Shown here: in pieces, positions 1 to 8,732 of the stretch
Position numbering within the stretch: the stretch's first letter is position 1
Layout: every line of letters begins with the position of its first letter
From: Gemmatimonadota bacterium
GTDB lineage: Bacteria > Gemmatimonadota > Gemmatimonadetes > Gemmatimonadales > GWC2-71-9
DNA: 64,000 nt
Assembly (NCBI GenBank): GCA_016874005.1
Contig: VGVQ01000004.1
Location: 106,968 to 170,967 of the forward strand
Direction: 5' to 3'
The notes under the pieces: model-generated
What the model was told of the DNA's origin: nothing
The model's input: the letters and a program-made list of their open reading frames with translations, nothing else
Databases searched by the model: none
Translations under genes and position numbers: made by a program

Positions 1-1
1 C

Positions 2-556
2 GCTCAGGGCCTGGGTGGCAAGGGGATCGGCTTCCTCGACGCGCCGGTCAGCGGCGGGCCGGAGGGCGCCGCCCAGGCGGCGCTGACGATCATGGTGGGT
101 GGCAGCGAGGCGGACTTCGCTCGGGCGAGGCCGGTGCTCGCCGCCTGCGGCAAGACCGTGGTGCGGATGGGCGAGGTGGGAGCCGGCTCGCTCACCAAGC
201 TGGTCAACCAGCTGCTCACCTTCGTCCACGGATCGGCCGCCGCCGAGGCGCTGGCCTTCGCCGAGAAGAACGGGCTCGACCTGGGGGCGGTGGGCGAGGT
301 GATCAAGGTGAGCTTCGGGCATTCGCGGATGCTGGAACGCACCCTGGGGCGGGTCCTGGCCGGAGACTTCGAGGCGGGGGCCTCGTTGCGGCTCTACGCC
401 AAAGACCTTGGCCTGATCGAGACCGTCGCTCGGGAGGTCGGGGCCGCGCTGCCCCTCACCGAGCGGGCGGCCGGGGTGCTGGAGTCGGCGAGGGCCAACG
501 GCTTGGGCGAACGGGATGTCGCCGGGTTGATGCTGCTATACCGTTCTTGGAGCTGA
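2..556 (+). CDS. beta-hydroxyacid dehydrogenase (3-hydroxyisobutyrate / 6-phosphogluconate dehydrogenase NAD-binding family), 5' end outside the window
   Basis: The frame is open from nt 2. It reads ...FLDAPVSGGPEGAAQAALTIMVGG..., followed by the helical C-terminal domain typical of HIBADH-type enzymes. Stop at 554-556. Confidence 0.8.
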   Translation, partial: AQGLGGKGIGFLDAPVSGGPEGAAQAALTIMVGGSEADFARARPVLAACGKTVVRMGEVGAGSLTKLVNQLLTFVHGSAAAEALAFAEKNGLDLGAVGEVIKVSFGHSRMLERTLGRVLAGDFEAGASLRLYAKDLGLIETVAREVGAALPLTERAAGVLESARANGLGERDVAGLMLLYRSWS

Positions 557-571
557 CAGGAGGAGGAGCGA

Positions 572-2182
572 ATGGGCTGTTGCCGATCTCGCTGGGCCAT
601 CGCGGTCGCGGCCGCGCTGCTGTGGACCGATGGCTGGGCCCAGCGGACCGCGACGCCGCGAGCGGACCTGCTCCTCGTCGGCGGCCGAGTGCTCGACGGC
701 GCGGGAGGAGACTGGGTCTGGGCCGATATCGCCATCACCGGCGACCGGATCAGCTTCGTGGGGCACGCCCGCAGCTCGAACGTCCGCGCCAAGGACACCG
801 TGTCGGTCACCGGCCTCCTGGTGACGCCCGGCCTCTGGGATGTCCACAGCCACGAAGAGGTCGGCCGAGAACCCGGCAAATGGGCCAAGCCGTTCGTCAC
901 CCAGGGTGTCACCACCGTGATCCTGGGCGTCGATGGATTCGGCGACAACGAGATCGCCGCCACCTTCGCCCGGTACCGGCGCCAGGGGATCACGGTCAAC
1001 GCGGCTCGGTTCGTCGGGCACGGACCGGCCCGCACCAAGGCGATGGGGACCGACTTCGCCCGGCCCGCCCGGCCCGACGAGATCGAGGCGATGCGGGGGT
1101 ACGTTCGCAAGGGGATGGCCGAGGGCGCGCTCGGGTTCTCGACGGGGTTAGCATACAACCCTGGTTATTACTCGACTACCGAGGAAGTCATCGCGCTCAA
1201 CCGGGTCGCGGCGGAGTCGGGCGGGATCTACGACACTCACGACCGCGACATGGGCGTCTCCTACAAGGGGATCGGGTTTCTCAACTCGGTCACCGAGGCG
1301 ATCCGGATCGCCGAGGAAGGCGGTACCCCGCTGGTGTTCAGCCACTTCAACACCCTGGGTCTCAAAGCCCACCCGGACATGCCCGAGGCGATCCGGCGGA
1401 TCGAGGCCGCCCGAGGCCGCGGGGTGAACGTGATGGCGGCGCAAATCGTCTATACCGCCTCGGAGTCGAGCGTCGATGGCCATCTGATGCCCCGGTGGGC
1501 CCCGGCCGGCGGGCCCGATTCGCTCCTGGCGCGACTGAAGGACGAACGGGCGTGGGCTCGGATGGAGCCGGAGATCCTCGAAATCCTGACCAACCGAGGC
1601 GGGCCGACCAAGATTCTGATCACCGAAGGGCCCAAGGAATTCACCAAGCGGTCGCTGGCCGATATCGCGGCCCAGTGGGGGACCTCGCCGACCGAGGCGA
1701 TCCGGCGGCTGCTGATCATGACCCACGGGACCAGGCTCATGGACATGAACCTCGACATCTACAGCATCGAGAACGTCAGGACCTTGGCTCGCAAGGACTG
1801 GGTGATGACGACGACCGATGGCTACACCCCGGCGACCGAGACCACCTACACCCACCCGCGGACCTACGGCGGTTTCACCAAGAAGTTCACCCAGCTGGTC
1901 CGGGACGAGAAATGGATCTCGATGCCGTACGCCGTCCGCGGGATGACGTCGCTGCCGGCGTCGTTCTATGGGATTCCCAACCGCGGTCTGGTCAAGCCGG
2001 GTTTCCACGCCGACTTGGCGATCTTCGACGAAGCGCGGATCCAGGAGAGGGCCAGCTACGACCAGCCCCGCCAGTACTCCGAAGGCACCGTACACGTGTT
2101 GGTGAACGGCAAGTTCGCGTTGCGGGACGGGAAGGTGACCGGCGTGCTCGCGGGCCAACCGATTCGGCGGGGTGGACGATGA
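572..2182 (+). CDS. N-acyl-D-amino-acid deacylase (D-aminoacylase) family amidohydrolase, probably exported
   Basis: 536-aa ORF with a strong SD (AGGAGGAGGAG) just upstream and a hydrophobic N-terminus. It has LLVGGRVLDG...GLWDVHSHEE (metal-binding HxH region) and a long D-aminoacylase-like C-terminal part. Confidence 0.85.
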   Translation: MGCCRSRWAIAVAAALLWTDGWAQRTATPRADLLLVGGRVLDGAGGDWVWADIAITGDRISFVGHARSSNVRAKDTVSVTGLLVTPGLWDVHSHEEVGREPGKWAKPFVTQGVTTVILGVDGFGDNEIAATFARYRRQGITVNAARFVGHGPARTKAMGTDFARPARPDEIEAMRGYVRKGMAEGALGFSTGLAYNPGYYSTTEEVIALNRVAAESGGIYDTHDRDMGVSYKGIGFLNSVTEAIRIAEEGGTPLVFSHFNTLGLKAHPDMPEAIRRIEAARGRGVNVMAAQIVYTASESSVDGHLMPRWAPAGGPDSLLARLKDERAWARMEPEILEILTNRGGPTKILITEGPKEFTKRSLADIAAQWGTSPTEAIRRLLIMTHGTRLMDMNLDIYSIENVRTLARKDWVMTTTDGYTPATETTYTHPRTYGGFTKKFTQLVRDEKWISMPYAVRGMTSLPASFYGIPNRGLVKPGFHADLAIFDEARIQERASYDQPRQYSEGTVHVLVNGKFALRDGKVTGVLAGQPIRRGGR

Positions 2183-3240
2183 GACGCTGGGTCGCGATCG
2201 GGCTCTCGCTCGGCTTGGCTGGGCCGGCGTGGAGCCAGTCGGGCGGCCGGCCGCCTGGTGCCGAGTACCAGGGCCGCGGGTTCGAGTTCCGGCCGGTGGC
2301 GCCCGGGGTCTACCTGGCGGTGGGGACCGGGAAGATCAGCGCCGAGTCCAACGCGGTGATCATCGAGGGCGACCGAGACCTCCTGGTGGTCGACTCGGAG
2401 ACCAGCCCGGCGGCCGCCTGGGCGTTGCTCCAGGAGCTGCGGGCGGTCACGCCCAAGCCGGTCAAGACGGTGGTGTTGACCCATTTCCACTACGATCACG
2501 CCCACGGGACCCAGTCGTTTCCGCCCGGGGTCGAGGTGATCGCCACCGAGTACACCAAGGCGATGCTGGCCGAGGGCAAGTCGATGAGCCACCCGACGGC
2601 GGCGGGGAACCGGTCGTTCGCCTCGGCGCAGGTCGGCAACGCGACCCGGGCGCTCGACACGGCCTCGACCCCGGCGGTCCGCCGGGAGCTGGCCGAGCGG
2701 CGGGAGGTCTGGCAGCGGTACCTCGCCTCGATCGCCACCCTGAAACCGGTGGTGCCTAACGTTACCCTGACCGGGCGGCTCACCCTGAGCCGGGGCGGCC
2801 GGGAGATCGTCATTCTCCATCCCGGTCCGGCCCATACCGCCGGCGATCTGGTGGTCTGGCTGCCGGCGGAGCGGATCCTGGTGACCGGCGACCTGATCCA
2901 GCCCAACCTTCCTTACATGGGCGACGGGTTCTTCCCGGGCTGGGCCGACGCGATCGACTCGCTGCTGGCCCTGCGGCCGGCGGTGGTGCTCCCCGGGCAT
3001 GGCGACGCGATGTCCGACATGACCCGGGTCGAGCGGCAGCGGGACTACCTCCGGGATATCTACGCTCAGACCGCCACGCTCAAGCGCGAGGGCCTGGCGC
3101 CCGACGAGGTCGCTCGGCGGCTCGACTTGACCAAGTATGATGCTGACTACCCTCGGCCGCCGGGGTGGACCGACGAGATCGTGGTCCGGCGCCGGCTCGG
3201 GACGGTGCGGCGGATCTTCGAGGTGATCGACGGGAGGTGA
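2179..3240 (+). CDS. MBL-fold metallo-hydrolase, secreted
   Basis: The ATG at 2179 overlaps the upstream stop (ATGA). The signal peptide is MRRWVAIGLSLGLAGPAWSQ, and the HxHxDH motif is THFHYDHAHG. Only the C-terminal third of track ORF 547..3240 looks like real protein. Confidence 0.85.
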   Translation: MRRWVAIGLSLGLAGPAWSQSGGRPPGAEYQGRGFEFRPVAPGVYLAVGTGKISAESNAVIIEGDRDLLVVDSETSPAAAWALLQELRAVTPKPVKTVVLTHFHYDHAHGTQSFPPGVEVIATEYTKAMLAEGKSMSHPTAAGNRSFASAQVGNATRALDTASTPAVRRELAERREVWQRYLASIATLKPVVPNVTLTGRLTLSRGGREIVILHPGPAHTAGDLVVWLPAERILVTGDLIQPNLPYMGDGFFPGWADAIDSLLALRPAVVLPGHGDAMSDMTRVERQRDYLRDIYAQTATLKREGLAPDEVARRLDLTKYDADYPRPPGWTDEIVVRRRLGTVRRIFEVIDGR

Positions 3241-3241
3241 A

Positions 3242-4402
3242 TCACCCGGGCGGCCCCGGCTTCCAAACCTCTCGAAACAGCCGAGTGAAGTTCCCGCCGA
3301 CGACCTTCTCGATCCGGCTATCCCGATAGCCCCGGGCCGCCAGCTTCTCGGCGATCTGCTCCATCCGTCGCGGGGTATTGAGGTCCACGACGAACATGTA
3401 GTCCTCCTCGCGAGGCGCGGCGATGCCGAGGCGCCTCCGGGTCGCCACGAACTGCTTGTGGGCATCGGCGTACTCGGGAGTGACCTCGTGCGGGGTGATC
3501 GACAAGTCGCTCCCGATCCCGACGTGATCTTCGCCGCAGACGTTGACGGCGTGCTCGATCTGGCGGATCAGGTCGGCTGAGGTGGGCTGACCGGCGGGGT
3601 TGATGAATGGCATCAGGTAGATCCCGATCACCCCGCCCTTGTCGGCCATTCGCTTCAAGGTCGCGTCCGACTTGCTGCGGGGGTGGTCGAACACCGCCTT
3701 GCAGCCGCTGTGGGTGATCGCCACCGGCCCGGCCGATGCCGCGATGCCCGTGTCGGTCGTCTTGGTGCCGCAGTGCGAGAGATCCACCAGCATCCCCAAC
3801 TCGTTCATCCGCGCCACCACGGCCCGGCCATGGGCGCTCAGCCCGGCGTCGTCCGGCTCGAGGCAGCCGTCACCGAGGAGGTTGCGGCCGTTGTAGGTCA
3901 ACTGGACGATCTTGACGCCGAGCCGGTGAAACAGGTCGAGACGGGCCGGGTCGCCCTCGAGCATCACCGCGTCCTGAAACCCGAAGATCAGGCCGAGCCT
4001 GCCGGTCCGCTTGGCGGTCTCGATGTCGGCCACGGTCCGGATCTTGAGAAAGACGTCCGGGTGAGCGACCAGTTCGCGCTCCCAGTAGCCGATCCGGGCG
4101 ACCGTGGCATCGAAGCTGGCGTGGCCCGGCCCGCTCCCACTGAGCGTGACGTTGACCGCGGTGATCCCTGAGGCCTTGCAGTTGGCCACCATCTCGGCGG
4201 TCAGCGGCCCCGACCCGCTGGCGGGCGAGTTGAACGGGCCCGGGTTGGCCAGGCAGTCGATGACGATGGCGCGGTCGTATCCGGGCCACCCGCTTCGGCG
4301 GAAGAAGCCCAACGATCCCACCGGGACCGCGGTGGAGCCGGTAGAGGCGGCCGTGGCGGCGGTGGCGGCGACGAAGTCGCGTCGGGAGATGGCTACGGTC
4401 AT
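3242..4402 (-). CDS. membrane dipeptidase (peptidase M19, renal dipeptidase family) with a Tat-type signal
   Basis: The start MTVAISRRDFVAATAATAAS carries a twin-arginine-like motif, and GGAG lies 3 nt upstream of the ATG at 4402. M19-like blocks are present (VIDCLAN, VDLSHCG, HVGIGSDL). Confidence 0.85.
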   Translation of the reverse strand: MTVAISRRDFVAATAATAASTGSTAVPVGSLGFFRRSGWPGYDRAIVIDCLANPGPFNSPASGSGPLTAEMVANCKASGITAVNVTLSGSGPGHASFDATVARIGYWERELVAHPDVFLKIRTVADIETAKRTGRLGLIFGFQDAVMLEGDPARLDLFHRLGVKIVQLTYNGRNLLGDGCLEPDDAGLSAHGRAVVARMNELGMLVDLSHCGTKTTDTGIAASAGPVAITHSGCKAVFDHPRSKSDATLKRMADKGGVIGIYLMPFINPAGQPTSADLIRQIEHAVNVCGEDHVGIGSDLSITPHEVTPEYADAHKQFVATRRRLGIAAPREEDYMFVVDLNTPRRMEQIAEKLAARGYRDSRIEKVVGGNFTRLFREVWKPGPPG

Positions 4403-4483
4403 GGGCTCCCTCGGGGTCAATGGTTTCCGCGGCGGACCCGAACCCGGCCTGGCCGATCGCGAGTCCAGTGCCGGCCTGGCCGA

Positions 4484-5656
4484 TCAGCTCATGGCCCGGC
4501 GGCTCTTGATCAGGTCGCGGGCGATGATCAACTGTTGAATCTGGGTGGTGCCCTCGTAGAGCCGGAAAACCCGGACGTCGCGATAGAGCCGTTCGGCGGC
4601 GCATTCGCTGATATAGCCCGACCCGCCGTGGATCTGGACCACCCGGTCCGCGATCCGGCCGCAGGCCTCCGAGGCGAACATCTTGGCGCAGGAGGCCTCG
4701 ATCGAAACCCGCTCGCCCCGGTCGAGCCGGCGGGCGGCATCGAGGACCATGCAACGGCCGGCATAGGTCTCGGCCTTGCTGTCGGCCAGCATCGCCTGGA
4801 CCAGCTGGAAATCGGCGATCGGCTTGCCGAATTGGGGCCGCGCCATGGCGTAGCTCAGACCTTCGTCAATGAGCCGCTCCGAGATCCCGACGCACATCGC
4901 AGCGATGTGGATCCGGCCCCGGTCGAGCGCCCGCATCGCCACCTTGAAGCCCTGGCCCTCGACGCCGAGCATGGCGGACGCCGGAATCCGGCAGGCGTCG
5001 AAGATCACGTCGGCCAGGTGGGCGCCCTTCTGGCCCATCTTCCGGTCCGGCTTGGCCACCGACAGGCCGGGTGTCTCCCGTTCGACGACGAACGCCGAGA
5101 CGCCGGCGCCCCCCGCCTTGGTCGGGTCGGTCCGCGCCATCACGATGAAGATCCCGGCCTGGGGCGCGTTAGTGATGAACCGCTTGGTGCCGTTCAGCAC
5201 GAAGTGGTCGCCGTCGCGGACCGCCGAGGTGGTGAGCGCCCCGGCGTCGGACCCCGAGTCGGGCTCGGTCAGGCAGAACGCGGCGATCAACTCGCCAGTG
5301 GCGAGGGGGCGGACGTATTTGGCCCGTTGCCCGTCGTTCCCGTCGTGGAGGATGCTCGAGGAGCCCAGCCCGTTGTTGATGCCCGTCACCGAGCGGAAGG
5401 CCGGCGCCGCCCGGCACAGCTCGAAGAAGACCTGGACCGATTCCTCGGCGTTGAGCCCGAGCCCGCCGAACTCCGCGGGGATGGTGATCCCGTAGAGGCC
5501 CATCGCTTTCATCTCGGCCAGGATGTCGTCGGGAATCTCGTCTTCCCGGTCGACCCGCTCTTCGGCCGGGATCAGCCGGTCCGACACGAAGCGACGGATG
5601 GTCTGGAGCAACTCGGCCAGGGTGTCCGAATCGAGGGCGGGGGCGAGCACGGTCAC
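4484..5656 (-). CDS. acyl-CoA dehydrogenase
   Basis: 390 aa with typical ACAD blocks (CLTEPDSGSDAG, NGTKRFITN, YEGTTQIQ). Its start is 1 nt from the upstream gene's stop. Confidence 0.9.
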   Translation of the reverse strand: MTVLAPALDSDTLAELLQTIRRFVSDRLIPAEERVDREDEIPDDILAEMKAMGLYGITIPAEFGGLGLNAEESVQVFFELCRAAPAFRSVTGINNGLGSSSILHDGNDGQRAKYVRPLATGELIAAFCLTEPDSGSDAGALTTSAVRDGDHFVLNGTKRFITNAPQAGIFIVMARTDPTKAGGAGVSAFVVERETPGLSVAKPDRKMGQKGAHLADVIFDACRIPASAMLGVEGQGFKVAMRALDRGRIHIAAMCVGISERLIDEGLSYAMARPQFGKPIADFQLVQAMLADSKAETYAGRCMVLDAARRLDRGERVSIEASCAKMFASEACGRIADRVVQIHGGSGYISECAAERLYRDVRVFRLYEGTTQIQQLIIARDLIKSRRAMS

Positions 5657-5657
5657 C

Positions 5658-6473
5658 TCAGGAATTCTCGATCTTGAGCATGGCTCGGGCCTCGTCCGGG
5701 GTGGCGACCTCGCGCTGCAGCTCCTTGGCCAGCCGGACCACCCGCTGGACCAGCTGCTCGTTGGTGGCCAGCACCTTGTACGAATAGAAGATGTTATCCT
5801 CGAGCCCCACCCGCGAGTTGCCCCCGAGGACGATCCCCAGCGTCGACGCGGGAAGCTGGGCTTTGGCCACCCCGATGACGCTCCAGAGCGCGCCCGGGGG
5901 CAGGCTGCCGATCATGTGGATCAGGTGCTGCGGCGAATACGGGATCGCGTTCTGGACCCCCATCACGAAGTCGAAGTAGGGCGGGTCTTTGATGAGGCCC
6001 TTCTTCGTCAGGGTAATCCCGGCGTGGATGTGGCTCACGTCGAAACACTCGATCTCCGGCTTGACCCCATGCTCGATCATCTTGCCGGCATAATACTCCA
6101 CGTCGACCGGATCGTTGATGTAAGGCCCCCGAGCCAGGTTGACCGAGCCGACGTTGAGGCTCATCATGTCGGGGCGGAGGTCCACCGCCCGAATCCGATC
6201 GTCGCGATGAGTCGGAAATCGGAAGCCGGTCGAGATCTGGACGATCAGCTTGGTGTGCTTCCGGAGCCCCTCGAGTACCTTGGCGAAGAAGTCGTAGTCG
6301 AGGCAGGGCTTCTGGTCCTTGTCGCGGGCGTGGTAGTGGAGGATCGACGCCCCGGCCTCCCAGCACTTGATGCCGTCCTCGATGATCTCGGGTGGTGTCA
6401 CCGGCAGGTGGGGGGTGTCTTTCTTGGTCGAGAACGAGCCGACCGGCGCGACGGTGATGATGAGTTTGTTCAT
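5658..6473 (-). CDS. beta-keto acid cleavage enzyme (BKACE / 3-keto-5-aminohexanoate cleavage enzyme family, DUF849)
   Basis: From the internal ATG it reads MNKLIITVAPVG...ILHYHARD...GLEDN, as in the Kce/BKACE TIM-barrel family. The N-terminal 22 codons of the track ORF look non-coding. Confidence 0.8.
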   Translation of the reverse strand: MNKLIITVAPVGSFSTKKDTPHLPVTPPEIIEDGIKCWEAGASILHYHARDKDQKPCLDYDFFAKVLEGLRKHTKLIVQISTGFRFPTHRDDRIRAVDLRPDMMSLNVGSVNLARGPYINDPVDVEYYAGKMIEHGVKPEIECFDVSHIHAGITLTKKGLIKDPPYFDFVMGVQNAIPYSPQHLIHMIGSLPPGALWSVIGVAKAQLPASTLGIVLGGNSRVGLEDNIFYSYKVLATNEQLVQRVVRLAKELQREVATPDEARAMLKIENS

Positions 6474-6676
6474 GAGAGGACCCGATGGGAGACAGGGCTC
6501 GGAGTTCGCACGATAGTGGCTGCCACTGGTCAAACGCACCAGGGGGCCGACAGTACCAAGGCTCGCTGGCGTTCCCGCCGGGGGCGTGGCAGGGCGGCCT
6601 TGGTACCGCCGCCGGCGGTTCTCGTATCACCACCAGGGAGCCAGTGGTTCGATCCCAGCGAGAAGGGCGGGGGACC

Positions 6677-8218
6677 ATGAAACGGTCATGGATGACGTGG
6701 CTGGCGGCGGTGGTGATGGCCGCCCCACCGGCCAACGGTCAGGTCGTGCAGGAGCGGATCGACCTCGACGCCCTCCGGAAGATCCGCGAGGAGGGCATGA
6801 GCCGGTCCCGTGCCCTGGCGACCGCGGGGTACCTGACCGACGTCATCGGTCCCCGGCCCCAGGGGTCCAGGGCGGTGAAAGAGGCCAATCATTGGACGGC
6901 CAAGCAGCTTGGGGACTGGGGTTTGGCAAAGGTGGTGGTGGAGCCCTGGGGGACTTGGGGCCGGGGCTGGGAGCGGGTTCGCTACACCGGGAACATCGTC
7001 AAGCCCTTCGCCCAGCCTCTGGTCGGGCAGGCGATGGCGTGGAGCGGCAGCACCAGGGGGCTGGTCCGGGGCCCGGTCGTGATTCTCGATGCCACCGATT
7101 CGGCCAGCTTTCAGAAGTACCGGGGTACCCTCGCGGGGAAGTATGTCCTCCTGGGCGACCCACCCAAGATCCAGCAGAACTTCTCCATCGAGTCCTGGCC
7201 CTACCTGGCAATGGAAGACCCGCCCCGTCGCCGCCGATTGAGCCAGGAAGACCTCGAGAACCCGAACCTCAAGCCGGACTTCGCCTGGTCTCCGCTGGCG
7301 ACCCGACTCGAAAGGCGGCGGGCCGGTGACCGCTTCGCCGATCTGATCCGCCAGCTCAAAGGGGAGGGGATCGCGGCCCTCATCGTCTCCTCGCCGATGC
7401 CCTACAACATCATCCGGGTCATGGCGATCCCCGGCTGGCAGGACATCCGTCAGGCCAAAGTGGGCGAGCCGATCCCGGCCGTGGTGGTGTCGCTGGAGCA
7501 GTTCGGCCAGATGCACCGCAACATCAAGCGGGGAATCCCGGTCGAGATCGAGGCGTCGGTACAGAACCGGTTCGTCACCGACGATTCGCTGGGATACAAC
7601 ACCCTCGCCGAGGTCCCCGGCTCCGACCTCGCCGACCAATACGTGATGTTCGGCGGCCACTTGGACAGCTGGCATGCCGGCACCGGCGCCACCGACAACG
7701 CGGCCGGCGTGGCGGTCGGGATGGAGGCCCTCCGGATTCTCGAGGCCACCGGGCTCAAACCTCGGCGAACCATCCGGCTCGGGATCTGGACCTCGGAGGA
7801 AGGTCGCCATCTGGGCGTCGCTGGCTGGATCGACCGCCACAAGGAGCTATGGCCCAAGATTTCGGTCTACCTCAACGTCGACAACGGCGCGGGGCGGCTC
7901 CGGGGCCTGTGGACCCAATCCAATCCGTTCATGGCGCCGATCTTCCAGCAGATCTTTGCCCCGATTCGTGACCTCGGGGTCTCGGCGATCAAGGAAGGCA
8001 ACGTCGGGGGCAACGAGCACCAGGACTTCGACGACGTGGGGATCCCGGGGTTCACGTTTCTTCAGGATCCGTTGGAATACGTCCTCAGAACCCACCATAC
8101 CAACGCCGACACCTTCGAGCGGCTGATCGAAGACGACCTCAAGCAGGCGGCCGTGGTGTTGGCTTGGACCGCCTACACGCTGGCCAACCGCGACGAGATG
8201 TTCCCGAGAAAACGCTAG
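6677..8218 (+). CDS. M28 family metallopeptidase (aminopeptidase), secreted
   Basis: Signal peptide MKRSWMTWLAAVVMAAPPANGQ. The M28 zinc-ligand region is FGGHLDSWHAGTGATDNAAGVAVGMEALRIL...WTSEEGRHLG. Confidence 0.85.
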   Translation: MKRSWMTWLAAVVMAAPPANGQVVQERIDLDALRKIREEGMSRSRALATAGYLTDVIGPRPQGSRAVKEANHWTAKQLGDWGLAKVVVEPWGTWGRGWERVRYTGNIVKPFAQPLVGQAMAWSGSTRGLVRGPVVILDATDSASFQKYRGTLAGKYVLLGDPPKIQQNFSIESWPYLAMEDPPRRRRLSQEDLENPNLKPDFAWSPLATRLERRRAGDRFADLIRQLKGEGIAALIVSSPMPYNIIRVMAIPGWQDIRQAKVGEPIPAVVVSLEQFGQMHRNIKRGIPVEIEASVQNRFVTDDSLGYNTLAEVPGSDLADQYVMFGGHLDSWHAGTGATDNAAGVAVGMEALRILEATGLKPRRTIRLGIWTSEEGRHLGVAGWIDRHKELWPKISVYLNVDNGAGRLRGLWTQSNPFMAPIFQQIFAPIRDLGVSAIKEGNVGGNEHQDFDDVGIPGFTFLQDPLEYVLRTHHTNADTFERLIEDDLKQAAVVLAWTAYTLANRDEMFPRKR

Positions 8219-8246
8219 CCCGGCCGCCGGGAGCCGCGGGGCGGCG

Positions 8247-8732
8247 TTAGGCCGACGCGTCCAGCAGCGCCACGATGTCGGGCTCGATCGCCTCGGGCGT
8301 CGCTCGCGAGCCGAAGCGGGCCACCACCTGGCCCTCCTTGTCGACCAGAAACTTGGTGAAATTCCACTTGATGGCCTCGGTTCCGAGCACGCCGGGGCGA
8401 GCGGCCTTGAGAAAGCGGAAGAGCGGGTGGGCCCCATCGCCGTTCACCTCGATCTTGGCGAACATCGGGAAGGTGACGTCGTAGGTCTTCCCGCAGAACG
8501 CCATGATCTGGGCTTCGGTGCCGGGCTCCTGGCCGAACTGATCGGACGGGAAGCCGAGTACCGCGAAGCCCCGTGGGCCCAAGCGACGGTGGAGGGCCTC
8601 GAGTCCCTTGTACTGCGGGGTGAAACCGCACTGGCTGGCGACGTTGACGATGAGGAGCGTCTGGCCGCGGAACTCGGCCAGCGAGCGCTCCCGGCCGTCG
8701 CTGGCCGTCGCGGTGAAGTCGTGGACGTTCAT
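8247..8732 (-). CDS. glutathione peroxidase (Cys-type)
   Basis: 161 aa with LIVNVASQCGFTPQY and WNFTKFLV, the hallmark GPx motifs. Its start overlaps the stop of the upstream acyl-CoA synthetase (ATGA). Confidence 0.92.
   Translation of the reverse strand: MNVHDFTATASDGRERSLAEFRGQTLLIVNVASQCGFTPQYKGLEALHRRLGPRGFAVLGFPSDQFGQEPGTEAQIMAFCGKTYDVTFPMFAKIEVNGDGAHPLFRFLKAARPGVLGTEAIKWNFTKFLVDKEGQVVARFGSRATPEAIEPDIVALLDASA

Noticed and set aside
547-2178. N-terminal two-thirds of the 897-aa track ORF 547..3240
   Set aside because: This part is Arg/Pro/Gly/Asp-rich low-complexity translation that overlaps the well-supported D-aminoacylase in another frame. Only the part from ATG 2179 (MBL-fold protein) looks real.
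8219-8246. GC-rich inverted repeat (GCCGC...GCGGC) between the convergent M28 and GPx genes, and similar short hairpins at 39781-39797 and 45465-45500
   Set aside because: The stems are short and the loops long. No T-tract follows them. I cannot call intrinsic terminators with any confidence.
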